Origin: Hemiscyllium ocellatum
Lineage: Eukaryota
Length of the DNA stretch: 64,000 nt
Direction: 5' to 3'
NCBI RefSeq assembly: GCF_020745735.1
Contig: NC_083421.1
Span: forward strand, 64,533,001 to 64,597,000
Below, piece by piece: positions 49,689 to 62,900 of this stretch. The notes under the pieces are model-generated. The model saw only the letters and a program-made list of their open reading frames with translations, was not told the origin of the DNA and made no database searches. How positions within the stretch are numbered: position 1 is the first letter of the stretch; every line of letters begins with the position of its first letter. A program made the translations under genes and the position numbers.

Positions 49689-49838
49689 GTCAGGATATCC
49701 AACCGAAGAGGGACCTGACGCGGTTTGTGAAATGGCCTCGGTATGTGCGACTTCAACGTCAAAGGGCCATTCTGTACAAGCGCCTGAAGGTGCCTCCAGC
49801 AATTAACCAGTTCACTCAAGCCCTCGACAGGCAGACTG
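49689..49838 (+). CDS. RPL7A: RPL7A exon 3
   Basis: [50 protein letters not shown]; 150 nt. Confidence 0.98.
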
Positions 49839-50046
49839 GTGCGTCTCAGACAGGGAGCTGTGAATGGGATTTGGGGGGCATTGTTGAAGATCATCCTGGT
49901 TGGTCTGGATCTAGGGGTTCCCAGTGCAGCGAGCTTGGATTCACTCTGGGATGTGGAGTGATTAGAGCCCTGTTTATCCTGCCTGGCATGGAGCTGCATG
50001 AGGCATTTATGGGTTAGGGAGGGAAGGAGCTTGGGATTCTGGAGAT

Positions 50047-50119
50047 TGCATATGATGTGAACAGAATATTTGCTATCTGACAATAACTGATGACATTGTC
50101 CACCAAGATCGCTGATGCA
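50047..50119 (+). ncRNA. SNORD24: C/D box snoRNA SNORD24 (U24)
   Basis: tgca-t-ATGATG...AGAATATTTGCTAT-CTGA...TGATGA...CCACCAAGATCG-CTGA-tgca; both U24 guide elements and a terminal stem. Confidence 0.93.
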
Positions 50120-50191
50120 CTCCAGATTCCTGACACTGGGACACATACGTTTGAGTTGCAGTCCAAAGTAACACTGCTGTTGTCTTTCCAG

Positions 50192-50332
50192 CTACCCAGC
50201 TCTTCAAGCTGGCCCATAAATACCGGCCGGAGACAAAGCTGGAGAAGAAGCAGCGGCTGTTGGCCAGAGCCCAGCACAAGGCAGCTGGGAAGGCAGACGC
50301 TCCAACAAAGAGGCCAGCAGTTCTCCGAGCAG
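50192..50332 (+). CDS. RPL7A: RPL7A exon 4
   Basis: [27 protein letters not shown]...[10 protein letters not shown]; 141 nt. Confidence 0.97.
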
Positions 50333-50537
50333 GTGAGTGCATTTCAGATTGTCAGCTTGAGGATAAGTGGTCTGCCTAAGAGCAGTTTTGTTGGTGTTTG
50401 TGAACTGACTACCCTGTGCTCTGCCTCTGGATTCAAGGGGACAGGAACCTGCTGCTTCAGGCTGGCTTTTCTCCAGAGGCTGCCCAGCTGGTTATGTTCT
50501 GGTTACATCACTGACTCTGTCCCTCTTCTGCTGGCAG

Positions 50538-50617
50538 GTGTGAACACTGTCACCTCTCTGGTGGAGAGTAAGAAAGCTCAGCTGGTGATTGTCGCACACG
50601 ATGTCGATCCCATTGAG
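50538..50617 (+). CDS. RPL7A: RPL7A exon 5
   Basis: [27 protein letters not shown]; 80 nt. Confidence 0.98.
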
Positions 50618-50975
50618 GTAAGAATGCAAAGGTACCCAGCACGAGTGAACCATTCCAAACCCTGAGCCGAACCTGCAACACTCCAGAGGACTCATTGACT
50701 AAGAGCTGAGGCCACCTCTTCAGCAAGGGCTTTTGTGCTCTTTCTAAATATTTCAGGGGAAAGCCACTTACCCCACGGGCAGATGTCCTTGTCACTGACT
50801 GTCCACCTTGTCCTGTCCTCCAGCACAGGAAGATCCTACTTCTCACCTTTTATGAACTGATGCAAAGAATGGACCTTGTGGACCAAGCTTAGAGTCTGCT
50901 TTGACCTTGATCCAAGGTCTTGTTTGTTCCCTTGTTCTCCTACCTGACTACTTTTCTCCCCTGGCCTGGATGATG

Positions 50976-51053
50976 TTGCAATGATGTTCTTGAATTTCTT
51001 CACCTGAAGCTCAACATGTAGAGCAAAAAAACGAGCTTTTTAACCCTGAGCAA
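50976..51053 (+). ncRNA. SNORD36: C/D box snoRNA SNORD36 (U36) copy 1, intron 5
   Basis: ATGATG 50981; GAATTTCTTCAC-CTGA; GAGCTTTTTAACC-CTGA 51046; 7-bp terminal stem atgttgc/gcaacat. Confidence 0.93.
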
Positions 51054-52574
51054 CATTCAGTGCCACTGCTAGGACATGGTTCAAGATCATATTGTGGATT
51101 GGAACTTAAACCCCTGCAGTCCTTCCCCCCCCCCCCACCCTGCCCCAGTTACCAGGGTATGTTTACATGTGGCTCCTGGTTAATGTGACATTCCCCTGTT
51201 CCAATTTGCACTTCATGGTTACACACAGAAGGACAGCTCCTGTGAAGCAGCAAATCACCTGCCGTACTCCCTGTCCTTTCCCTGCAAATCTTTTGTTTTT
51301 CATGTGATTTTCCAATTTTTCCTGATTGAATGCATGTTTCTCATTCCATTACTGCTTTTGTTCCTTAAATCCATTCCCTCCTGATTCTTGGTCCTGTGAC
51401 TGTAACCATTTCCATCTCCCTGTCTATGCCCCTTGTGTTTTAGAGAATCGTAGTCGAGCAGCATGGAGACAGGCTCTTGGTCCAACGTGTTCATGCTGAC
51501 CCCAAGTTTCATAAACCTATCTAGTCCCATTTGCCTACTTTAGACCCCTATCCCTCCAACCATTTCCTATTCATGTACTTGCTCAGAAGTCTTTTTTAAA
51601 TGTTGTAACTACTTGCATTCACCACTTCCTCTAACAGTCATTCTACACACAAACCACTCAGGTTTTTTTTAAAAAACGTTGCCCCTAGTTTTTTTTTAAT
51701 CTTTGTTTTCACCTTAAAAATATGCTCCCTAGGTGAGAACTCTCCACCTCCATCCGATCCTCCCCAATTTCTACCTCCAGTTACTCACTCATTCTTGGAA
51801 CCATTCTTGAAGCTTTTCTGCATCTTCTCCAATGTCTTAACATCTCCTAAAGTGATCTGCCCAGAACTGGATGCATTCTCCAACTGAAACTGAACCAATA
51901 TTATATATAGTCTGAATGTAACCTCGTGCTCTGTATTAATAAAACCTGTGATGCAGAGGATTTATAAACCACTGACATCTGTCATGAGTAATGCACGTAT
52001 ATATTCAGATCCTCCTTACAAGTGTACTCCTTTATACCTCTATTCTTCCTACCAAACAAATCACTAAATACTTTGTAAATTTCATTAGCCATTTGGTAAC
52101 TCACTCTCCTCCATACTGTCAGTATTGTCATCTACATAGTTGACAGTGCTTCTAAGTTTTATTCCATCTCCAAATTTTGGAACTCTGTACAGCAGGGTCA
52201 CAGTCATTAACATGATAACTGAGGCGCTAACAGGCCTAGAATTCCACTGGCGACTGTACTGCAGTCTAAGAAAAAGCTGTTTGCCATTTACTATTTGTCC
52301 CTCACCCGTTGTTCCTGAAGATAGTCGCCAGCCTGTCTTGTATTGTTGATCAAATGCCTTTTGAATACTTGTCCTCAACTGCTCAGACCAAGGTTCCAGT
52401 CTAAAACCATCACCTCCCTATCTTACTACCTTCCTTTAAGAATGTTTCATTCCTCTCCTTGGTAATCGATCCTAAAAGTTTTTGGTTTGAAGCACTTTTA
52501 TATGGTAGGCTGATGCTGCTATAAAAGTGCGCACTTTTCACTGACTTCCTGTTTGTCACACCCCTGTCCCTCAG

Positions 52575-52705
52575 CTGGTTGTGTTCCTGCCTGCTCTCTG
52601 CCGGAAGATGGGGGTTCCTTACTGCATTGTCAAAGGCAAAGCCAGACTTGGGCGTCTTGTGCATCGAAAAACTGCCACCTGTCTTGCCCTGGCTCAGATC
52701 AACCC
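52575..52705 (+). CDS. RPL7A: RPL7A exon 6
   Basis: [33 protein letters not shown]...; 131 nt. Confidence 0.97.
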
Positions 52706-52929
52706 GTGAGTATCCTGTTTGCAGTCTGTGGGGAGGGGAAGATCAGCCAAATAAAGCTGCCCTTTGTCCAGGCCGATGTGGTGGCAAGGGGAAGTTGGTG
52801 CATGTGGGTTGCACCAGTTTTATTCCAGCTGGTGATAATTCAGCATCTGGGTGGTAATACTGGGGTTATGGCTGCTCAATCCTTGTTACAGGCTGCAGCT
52901 CTGGGAATTTCCATTGAATTGAACTAAAT

Positions 52930-53001
52930 CTGCAATGATGTCAAATGAATTTCTTCACCTGAATGATCATGTGGCATTTTGAGCTTTTTAACCCTGAGCA
53001 G
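52930..53001 (+). ncRNA. SNORD36: C/D box snoRNA SNORD36 (U36) copy 2, intron 6
   Basis: ctgc-a-ATGATG...GAATTTCTTCAC-CTGA...GAGCTTTTTAACC-CTGA-gcag; D box about 77 nt upstream of the acceptor. Confidence 0.93.
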
Positions 53002-53074
53002 TTGGTTCACCTGATGACCAGTTCCTGACCTGTCTTGTCAGTGCAGTGAGTAATCGGTTTGGTTTTGTTTGCAG

Positions 53075-53144
53075 TGAGGATAAGGGAGCAATGGCCAAAC
53101 TGATCGAGGCTGTGCGGACAAACTACAACGAGCGGTTTGATGAG
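53075..53144 (+). CDS. RPL7A: RPL7A exon 7
   Basis: [23 protein letters not shown]; 70 nt. Confidence 0.97.
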
Positions 53145-53446
53145 GTATGATCCTGTTCACTTGAGGCTGTAGTCCCATTTGTCAAAGCAAGACAACACTG
53201 ATTGGGTTGGGTGAAACACCACTGTAGTTCATAACAGATTGGGAGGGAGGTGTTCCGAATGTGCAGGGAACGTGGATACTGATTTGGATTCCCTCCGTGT
53301 CCTTGCTGAAACACGTTACCACTCCAGTGTGAGGAGTAGGTGTCTGTCTCCCTGAACCCAGAGGATGGGGTCATTAAGGGATCTTTTTTCTGCAGGTGAG
53401 GTGGGAGGGAGTTGTCAGCTCTCTGTGAAGGAACTGCTGATTATAG

Positions 53447-53596
<150 letters not shown>

Positions 53597-54413
53597 CTCG
53601 AGGCCTACTCAGCTCGTTGTGTATATAAGGAACAGTAAAACTGATTATTTAAAAAAAATTGCCTCATTAATCTTTTTACACAGTAGTAGGAATGTAAATG
53701 TCCTGGAGTGGCAGGTGACTGACTCCACCCAGTGGAGTGTTATCTCAGATACCCATTGATTCCAGTTTTGCTAAGGCTCCTTGATGCCAAGGGCTGTCAC
53801 TCTCCCCTCACTCCTGGAATTCAGCTCTTGTCCAAGTCTGTGATGAAGTCAGCTGTGTTGCCCTGGGGGAAACCAAACTGTGTGTCACTGTGTAGGTTAT
53901 TGCTACAGTAGACTAGCAAAGGTGAGCGAGAGTAGACTAGCAAAGGAACTGGCCAGGTTCAATTTCTTTTTATAGAGGACATACCTGGGCAGTTTTCCAT
54001 ATTGTCGAGTGTCTGAACTATTGTCACAGCTAGGTTAGGGCTGTGACAAGTTCTAGAGCACGAGTCTTTAGTACTGTTGTTGGTGTTTTCAGGGCCCCAC
54101 AGCCCTTACTGTATCCAGACCTCCCATCCATTTTGATATCACATGGAGTGAGTTTCATTGGTTGAAGACGATCTGTGATGGTGGGATCATTGCAAAAGAT
54201 AAAGCTGAAGCATTCACAGCACTAATGTGCTGGGGTCTTCCATCATTTGAGGATGGGAAATTGTGGAGCTCTCTTCCAGTGAGTGGCTCAGCAAGAACAT
54301 AAATTCTGGTGTAGACTAGTTTGTGTTGTGTGTTCTGTAATAAACTGACTTGGAGACTTTTTTGAAATTGTGCATTTATAACATAAACAGAGTGATAAGA
54401 TTTCCAACGAGGA

Positions 54414-54480
54414 TCAGACAGCTGCTTTCCGTACAAACTTCTGGAACCACATATAGGAGGTTGCAGCACATAGCCCGTAC
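54414..54480 (-). CDS. SURF1: SURF1 exon 9 (last)
   Basis: (W)YGLCAATSYMWFQKFVRKAAV* matches WYGLSAATSYLWFKKF. Confidence 0.95.
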
Positions 54481-55310
54481 CTAACAAAATAAAAATACAA
54501 ACTGTAAAACTCATACCTAATCTGAGGGGTTTTAACCTTCAAGGGGGAATGGATGGGGGCTGGTGGGGAATCCAGAAAAAATTGAAACTGAAAAGATTTT
54601 AGATTTTGCAAAATGTTTAACACTTCTATTAAAGAGCCGGGCACAACTTGGCAGATGATAATGAAGGAAAAATGCACTGTCAATGTCTATTCTTCCCAGA
54701 GTTCAACTGAGTCCTTGAGAGAAAGTAATCAAGGCCAGTGGAATTTATTTTGGCTTTCACTTTGACAGGAGTTGGGAAAAACAGGAAAGCTTTGTTACAA
54801 CTATACAGCATGTTAAGGATGGACTGGAGGTGGTTTTAAAGAGATCCACTCGGCTGACTCCTGGAATGAAATGATTGATTTACATGTTTAACTTTTATTC
54901 GTGCAGAGTCATGACAGAGGGGTGAAAGATTTAAGATTCTGAAGAAGCTTAACGATGTTTCTAGTAGTGAGTCTTGAACTGGAGACAGACAGGTTTTCTG
55001 TAGATGAGACATCAAGGAATTTCTTGAAGGTAACGAATGTCTAATATTCTGTACCCCGGAGACTAGATTGCTTTGAGTATTTTAAGAGGTAGGTAGATTT
55101 TTGGAAATATTGGAGAGTTTAGGTATCGTGGAGCAGGTAGTCACTATCTTACAATGATGGAGATTAGAGTGGTGCTGGAAACACACAGCAGGTCAGCCAG
55201 CTTCCGAGGAGCAGGAAAATCAACCATTTCTGATGAAGGGCTTTTGCCCGAAACGTAGGTTTTTTTTTCCCCCTGCTATTTCATATCAGATAGTTGCCCA
55301 GTGATCGTAC

Positions 55311-55392
55311 CAGGTTAGGATGTACTGCAGGTGCTCATTCCTCAGAGTTACTCTGGTCTGCCCACCAACCGGACCTCCAGGAACTGTACTAT
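55311..55392 (-). CDS. SURF1: SURF1 exon 8
   Basis: [26 protein letters not shown](W); 82 nt. Confidence 0.97.
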
Positions 55393-55914
55393 CTGTAAGA
55401 AATGGCAATAGAATCAGTTCAAATGTCCTGATACCTGGCAAGGTCAAAACTACACCATGGACTATGGATGGGTAAAAGCATTCGAATCCCATGAACTGTC
55501 CATTTCCCATATTACAATTCAAGTTCACTGAGATGTACAAAGAGGAAGTATAGCTTTATGCAATGAGGGAGGTCTAAAAGGTAAATCACAGTGACAGGTA
55601 AAGGCCATAGTTTGAAAAATATAAAATTTGGTTAATATCTGGCAGATAGAATTAAAAGCAGGGAAGTTAAACTTGTAAAAGCCTATGGCTAGATCACACT
55701 TGAGTAATGTGCATAGATATCAGGGTAAAACTGCAAATATTCAGAAACATGAGGTAATTGTGGACAGGTGAAGGGTGACCTGTATAAGATTAAACATGTA
55801 GAAGATTTGATGTTACAATTTTGGGAGACACTACAACTGACAACTACAGGTACAAGAGAGAATAAACACAGTAAAAGGTTTAGGAAAAACTTAATTCTGG
55901 GAGTATGCAGAGAA

Positions 55915-56175
55915 TGGTGGCTCACTGCTGTCTGTGCCAGGGACCCAGACTGGATTCCAGCTCTGGTGACTGTGTGGAGTTTGAACATTCTCCCCCTGTC
56001 AGCGTGGGTTTCCTGTGCAGGTGAGGTGAATTGGCTATGCTAAATTTGTGTTCAATGATATGTAGGTTAGGCGCATTAGTCTGGGGTAAATAGGAGAATG
56101 GTCTGGGTAGGATACTCTTCAGAGGGTTGGTGTGGACTTGCTGGGCTGAAGGGCCTGTTTCCACACTAGGGATTC
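55915..56175 (+). mobile_element. HE1-type SINE, diverged
   Basis: SINE body and tail similarity. Confidence 0.65.
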
Positions 56176-56549
56176 TGCAGATGGGAGATGTATAATTACA
56201 GTGAGTGGCTAGCATGAACAGCTTAGCTGTGTTTAAAGGGAAGAAAAGAAATCCATGTGCAGGAGTAATTAGTGTGAGGATGTGGGACCTAAAGGGTAAC
56301 ACAGCTGGTTACACCTAACGGGCACCATCCAGCAGGGACCAAGACCAGTTGGTGTGTGAGAGGCTGTACACAGACAATCAGGTCAATGACACACATCAAG
56401 CAGACAGGGGGTTAACATGGGTTTCAGTAACGTAGAGCAGTGAATGTACTGGCTGAGCTGTGCAGAGGGTAAGGGGCCTTGAGAAATACCTCTATGCTGG
56501 CTTTGAGCTAGCACAAAAGTACACCTAGCCACCCACAAATAACAATTCA

Positions 56550-57060
56550 GAAACACAGAACATAGAAAAATACAGTGCAGTACAGGTCCTCGATGTTGAG
56601 CCGATCCAAGCCCACCTCACCTACACTAGCCCACTATCCTCCATATTCCTATCCAATGCCTGTTTAAATGCCCAATGAAGAGGGAGAGTCCACCACTGTT
56701 ACTGGCAGGGCATTCCATGAACTCATGACTTGCTGAGTAAAGAATCTACCCCTAACATCGGTCCTATACCTACCTCCACTTAATTTAAAGCTATGCCCCC
56801 TCGTAATAGCTGACTCCATACATGGAAAAAGGTTCTCATGGTCAACCCTATTAAACCCCTAATCATCTTGTACACCTCTATCAAGTCACCCCTAAACCAC
56901 CTTTTCTCCAATGAAAACAGCCCCAAGTGCCTCAGCCTTTCCTCATACGATCTTCCTACCATACCAGGCAACATCCTGGTAAACCTCCTCTGCACCTGTT
57001 CCAGTGCTTCCACATCCTTCCTATAGTATGGTGACCAAAACTGCACACAATACTCCAGAA
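56550..57060 (-). mobile_element. CR1/HER1 LINE 3' fragment
   Basis: QFWSPYYRKDVEALEQVQRRFTRMLPG...RGDLIEVYKMIRG. Confidence 0.88.
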
Positions 57061-57386
57061 CTTACCAGATCACCTGATTGAGATGTTGGCAGAAGTTCAA
57101 ATGTTGTGATGACATTTCATTATTGCCTTTCAGATCTTTTATATGCACTGTAAAAAAAGATTATCGCCTCTCACACCAATCCTCTGATAGCGCGGTACTC
57201 CCTCAGCACTGACCCTCTGAGAGTGCATGCTCCAACAGCGCGGTGCTCCCTCAGCGCTGATGCTCTTGACAGTACGGTGTTCTGACAGTGCCCACTCCCT
57301 CAGCACTGACCCTCTAACAGCACTCAATTCCACGACTGTTGGATTCAGAGGTGAATGGATCGAACACCTTTTTGATCAGGACTTAC

Positions 57387-57549
57387 TGAAGTCTGCATCA
57401 ATGAAGATGGGTTCTGTGCCCATAGCCTGTGCCATTGCCTCCAAATCACGATAATACCAGCAATTCCTCTCAACGTCATTCTGAGGGGTGAATGGTCTGC
57501 GACTTTCTGTCAGTCGAATGACACCAATGATCTCCACCTCGTCTGTGAT
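57387..57549 (-). CDS. SURF1: SURF1 exon 7
   Basis: [54 protein letters not shown]; 163 nt. Confidence 0.97.
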
Positions 57550-57729
57550 CTGGAAGACAATGTGTGACAGATTTCTCAGTGACATGTTTACAGTTCCCTG
57601 TGTCAATGCTCAGTGCAGAGACAGCCTCATTTCTCAATTCCCATTCACCCATCAGCCCCTCTACCAGGCTCCACACCCAATGACTCATAATTAACTACCT
57701 CTTACAGGAGGTGCTGCCACGCACACAAG

Positions 57730-58108
57730 ATCATAGAATCCTGACAGCAAAAAAAGGCTATTTAGCCCTATCAGGTCTGCAATGACCTTCTGGAGAGATT
57801 CCATTTACCTCCCCCCCGCCCCCCCCCCCCCCCGCCACTGCTCCCACTCCAAACCTATCCCTGCATGTCCCAGTGGCTAACCAACTAATCTGCACATCCC
57901 TTGCAACTAGGGGCAATTTCTCTGGGCCAATCCACCTTAACCTGCACATCTTTGGACTATGGGAACAAACGAGAGCACCCAGAGGAAACCCACACAGACA
58001 CGTGGAGAATGTGCAAACTCCACACAGACAGTCCCCTGAGGTGGGAATTGAATCTGGATCCCTACTGCTGTGAGGCAGCAGTGCTAAGCCCTGAGCCACC
58101 GTGCCGTG
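57730..58108 (-). mobile_element. tRNA-derived SINE, diverged
   Basis: ggcacggtggctcagggcttagcactgct head on the minus strand. Confidence 0.75.
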
Positions 58109-58468
58109 CCTCGGAGATCCATGCAGCAGCATGGGAAATTAAAGCCCATACCCTGACTCGCACCACACTCCCCAGTCTCCTCCGCACCTACACCTCACCC
58201 AAACACCTATCCCTACCCCCTCAGCAGTCACCCCCCTCCCCACCATCAGCATCCTCTCTAGCCTCACCCTTCTGAAAATCTGACCAAGGGTTTTTGATTT
58301 GGAGTCCAGCGCCAATGTGTTTGGATCAGGGAGATCGTTCGACACAAAGGTTCAGGCTACAGTGAACTACCAGAGAAGAAACCGCCTCAAGGTTCAGCAA
58401 TCCTACTGTCCACACTCCCCAGAGCACTGTCTGCTCCTTCACATCTTCCTTTCCTCAGCTCCGCTCAC

Positions 58469-58541
58469 CTGTCCTTTGGCCCGTGTTTCTGGTTTGAGTC
58501 TCATTCTGGGAACGAAGCCCCTGTTCACAAGAATCTTCACC
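58469..58541 (-). CDS. SURF1: SURF1 exon 6
   Basis: VKILVNRGFVPRMRLKPETRAKGQ; 73 nt; conserved ILVNRGFVP motif. Confidence 0.97.
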
Positions 58542-59959
58542 CTGAAATAAATCAATGGGGGAAGTTCATCCAGGGATCACAGAGGGCAATGTTGTAAACA
58601 CACTGATAGTGGGTGCGGTGAGGGAGCCAATGGGTTATCACTGAGCACCAGGTTTACTCTCGGTTTTGTCCCAAAGCACCATCAGCTCATGGTGCAGGTC
58701 ACCTTCAATGTCTGGACTACCAGCTGTCATGAAACTGGATTATAGTCCCAAATTACTTGTGTCTGTGTTGAAAATTTAGCCACATGGGCATTTAAAAAGA
58801 GATACAAGCCAAAAGGTACATAGGAACAGGAGACCATTCAGCCCCTTCAGCTTGCTTCACCATTTGATATGATCATGGATGATGTCATCTCAGCCTCAAC
58901 TCCAATTTCCTGCTCACGCCCCATAACCATGTTGCCTGTTACTAATTAAAATCTGTTCATTTCCTCCTAATGTGTTTGGGGTCATGACAAAGTAGGAACC
59001 AGGGCTGGCCATTCAATGTCTCAGGCCTATCTTACCATTCAGAGAGACCAAGGCTGATTTGTGGCCTAACTCCATATTCCTCCCTCCGGCTCATACCCAT
59101 TAATACTTCTGCTGAACAAAATATATCTATCCCGGATTTAAAATTAACAACTGATTCAGCATCTACTGCCATTTGTGGAAGAGAGTTCCAAACCTCTATC
59201 AAGCTCTGTGTCAAAATGCTTTCGAAGGGGAGGTCAGTGTTGAATCATTGTCTGCTTGAACAGTTATCCAGGGTATGTGGCTAGGAAAGGTTCACAGGGA
59301 TATGGACCAGGCACAGGCAAATGGACTACTTCAGCTTAGGAAACCTGGTCAGCCTGGCCCAGTTGGACCGAAGGGCCTGTTTGCATGCTGGATGATTTTA
59401 TGACTGTCCTGAACTATCTGGCCCTAATACACAGACTCTGCTCCTAGTTCTAGAATCCTCAACTACTGGGAACAGTTCCTCTTCATCTACCCCGATGTCT
59501 GTAAATACCTTGAAGACTTTGCTCAGATCACCCCCTAAAACCTGCTTAATTTGAGAGAAAACAGGCCTGATTTGTTTAATCTCTCCTCATAACTCAACTC
59601 CAAAGTTCAGGTATCATTCTTATAACCCTACGTTGTACTCCCTCCAAGGCCAATCTATCCTTCCTGAGGTGTGGTGCCCTGATCTGCGGAGCTGCCTGAG
59701 ATGTAACTTCAATGCCCGTGCGGATTACACTGAACTCAAAAGAAACCCAGAATGTTGCACCTAACCAGTGTCAAGGGAACTTCAGACAGGAACACTTCAA
59801 AGGGAGAGATGCCATTCAACACTTGAACTATGACTACCTGCACAGTGTCCCAGTCTGCTACCAAATTGACAGAAAGGCAACCTTTGGATTCAGTTTGAGA
59901 GAACTGATACTGTCCTCGTTTGTAGTTCAGGTTCCACTGGGCTAAAGTGTGCTGTAAAG

Positions 59960-60560
59960 AGAGTGTGGTGCTGGAAAAGCACAGCCAGTCAGGCAGCATC
60001 CGAGGAACATAAGCTCTTCATCAGGAATCGGTGGGGGTGAGGGTGGGGGGGCTGAGAAATAAATGGGAGGGGTGTGGGGCCGGAAGAAAGGTAGCTGGGA
60101 ATATGATAGGTAAATGAAGGTGATAGGTCAGAGTGGAAGGTGGGACGGATAGATGGGAAGGAAGATGGACAGGTCAAGAGGGCTGTGCCGAGTTGGAGGG
60201 TTGGATCTGGGATGAGGTGGGGAGGGGAGATCAGGAAACTGGTGAAATTGACATTGATCCTGTGTGGTTGGAGGGTCCCAAGGTGTAAGATGAGACGTTC
60301 TTCTTATAGGCATCGGGTGTCTAGGATTTGGTGGTGGCGGGGAGTTAAAATGTTTGGCCATAGTGGGGTTGTACGGTGTTCCAGAGATGTTCCCGGAAAC
60401 ATTCCGTGAGTTAGTGTCCTGTCTCCCCAGTGTACAATAGACCACATTGAGAGCAACTGACTCAGTAGATAAGGTGTTTGGATCTGCAGGAAAATTTGAA
60501 GGTTCCTTTAGGGCCTTGGATGGGGGTGAGAGGGGAGAGGGGAAGGGGAGGAGTTGGCCC
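59960..60560 (-). mobile_element. Penelope-like fragment (GIY-YIG end and pLTR)
   Basis: Similar to 38890-39480. Confidence 0.7.
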
Positions 60561-61284
60561 AGACAGAGCTGAGAACTTCCAGTAGTCATCCCCGTGTGGG
60601 CAAGTAAAAATTCTCAGATTGCTGAAAACAAGTCTCAGAGGGCAGTGGACAGAATCTCCAAATAACTGCTGCATTTGCAATGTAAGCCAGGATGGAATCA
60701 TCCAAAGGCTCACAATTAATTCCTGCCAGACAAATGGATTGGAATATTTCTGTTTACTTGGGGAACATTTTTGGATTCACCTCTAATTTATGCTTTAACA
60801 GCAAATAAACTTTGGCTTTCTTTAATGCAAGTTGTTAAACTAATCATACCATAGGCCAACTGCTGCAGCTAAAAAAAGGCATGTGGCATTATAGTGCAAG
60901 AGGAATAACCTGTCCCTGGGAGTGTTCAATGGGGGGGACAGTGTAGAGGGAGCTTTACTCTGTATCTAGCCCTGTGCTGTCCCTGTCCCTGGGAGTGTTC
61001 AATGGGGGGGGGGGGAGAAACAGTGTAGAGGGAGCTTTACTCTGTACCTTTCCCTATGCTGTCACTATCCTGGGAGTGTTTGATGGGGACAGTGTAGAGG
61101 GAGCTTTGGTAGGTATTGGGAACCATACTGGGTGGGGTGGGGGGAGGCGGTGCTGTAATGTTACGGGGTCAGTATCTGCAATCACTCAGTTTCCACACAA
61201 ATGTTATGTCATGGAATGGTATGACAGACTGGTTCCGTTTGGAGGCGGCCATGGTCAAACGCAGGCGGCTGACTGAATCCGTAC

Positions 61285-61476
61285 CCCAGCTCGGTGCAGT
61301 GGAATGGAGTGATCACGTTGGCTCCAGTCTCAGTGCTGGACATCAGGCGCCCAGCCTCTTGGGCCTCTTTGTCTGGATCCACCCTCGATCGGGGCATGAT
61401 GTAGAGTTCCTTGGAGTGGTCGAACCTCCCTCGGACCTTCACCCTCCGGTACTCAAGCTGCTTCAGTTCCAGCTGG
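61285..61476 (-). CDS. SURF1: SURF1 exon 5
   Basis: [30 protein letters not shown]...[14 protein letters not shown]; 192 nt. Confidence 0.97.
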
Positions 61477-61953
61477 CTGGGACAGAGAGGGGCAAGGCTC
61501 AGAGTTTGTGTGACCGTGACATAGCAGATAACAACCCACTCCGCACCCCCACCCAACAGGTCAAGAGCAGGGGGCCAGGGCTGCAACTGTTCAGAGAAAC
61601 TGTCAGCTCTCTTGCAGCTCCGGACTGGAAACAGTGAGAAGGGCCATGGCTCATTGAGAGAGTGTGCACGCGCGCGAGAGAGAGTGCGCAAGAGTGTGCG
61701 AATGTGTGGGTGTGAGAGAGTGTGAGTGTGAGTGAGTGTGTGAGAGAGAGTGTGAGTTTGCGTGTGAGTGAGAGAGGGTAAGGGCTGTTGTTGCCTTGAG
61801 GCACAGCACCGTGGGCCTGCGCACAGGGAGATCTCAGAGAATCAGTGAAGAGTCTGACTGACGTGGCTGATCCTGGGAGAATGTTGGGGGGTAAGAGGCT
61901 CAGTGAGAGTTACCCCGGGGGGAGGGGGGGGTAGGAGGCTCAGTGTGACTTAC

Positions 61954-62036
61954 TCCAGGGGCAGGGGCAGGGGGTCCGAGCGGGTGCGTTCCTGGAGATC
62001 CTTGATAAGCTGCAGCTTCCATTTCCGCCTCTGTAC
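61954..62036 (-). CDS. SURF1: SURF1 exon 4
   Basis: VQRRKWKLQLIKDLQERTRSDPLPLPL; 83 nt. Confidence 0.97.
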
Positions 62037-62313
62037 CTGAGCAGAAAGTGAGAGTCTCAGAGTGGCCACAGCAGAGCCCCCAACCCCATCACAAACCTGC
62101 CCCCACCTGGAGACACCACCATCCCCTCCCCCATCACATATACCCCAATCCCCCACCTGCTCCCCCTCCCACACTGACCCACTCCCCCTGTTCATATTCC
62201 CTCCCGCTCATACCCCTCTCCCCATCACCCTGAATGTACCCCTCTTCCCCCCTCTGCACATTACACCCCTCCCCTTTCACCTGTACCCCCCTCGCCCCTC
62301 CCCCGGTAGTTAC

Positions 62314-62441
62314 CTGCCAGGTGCCGAGGCTGAAGGTGCTGACTGGGATCAGGAGCAGGGCCCACTTCAGGAGCCAATCATCACTCCCTGGGGCAACTGT
62401 TGCCGTGGAGATGTTCACCCCACTTCGCCACCTGGTAATCC
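62314..62441 (-). CDS. SURF1: SURF1 exon 3
   Basis: ...DDWLLKWALLLIPVSTFSLGTWQ (first TM helix); the donor is certain, and the acceptor at 62442 was chosen because it gives phase 1. Confidence 0.88.
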
Positions 62442-62479
62442 CTTCAGCAGAGACACAGCATTAACCCCCACAGGAACCA

Positions 62480-62900
62480 GAAGCCAAGACCCCTCCCCAT
62501 CTGTCACCTCCCCCACCCCCTACCCATCTCTGTCACCCCCTCCAGCCCCTACACCCTCTCCCCATCTCTGTCACCCCTTCCAGCCCCTACAACCCCTCCC
62601 CATCTCTGTCACCCCTTCCAGCCCTTACAACCCTTCCCCATCTCTGTCACCGCTTCCAGCCCCTACACCCCCTCCCCATCTCTGTCACCCCTTCCAGCCC
62701 TTACAACCCTTCCCCATCTGTCACCCCCTCCAGCCCCTACACCCCCTCCCCATCTCTGTCACCCCTTCCAGCCCCTACAACCCCTCCCCATCTCTGTCAC
62801 CCCTTCCAGCCCCTACAACCCCTCCCCATCTCTGTCACCTCCCCCAGCCTCCTACACCTCCTTCCGATCTGTCACCTCGTCAGACCCCTACACCTTTCCC
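62480..62900. repeat. ~38-bp C-rich minisatellite in SURF1 intron 2
   Basis: (ccccatctctgtcaccccttccagcccctacaaccct)n. Confidence 0.9.
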
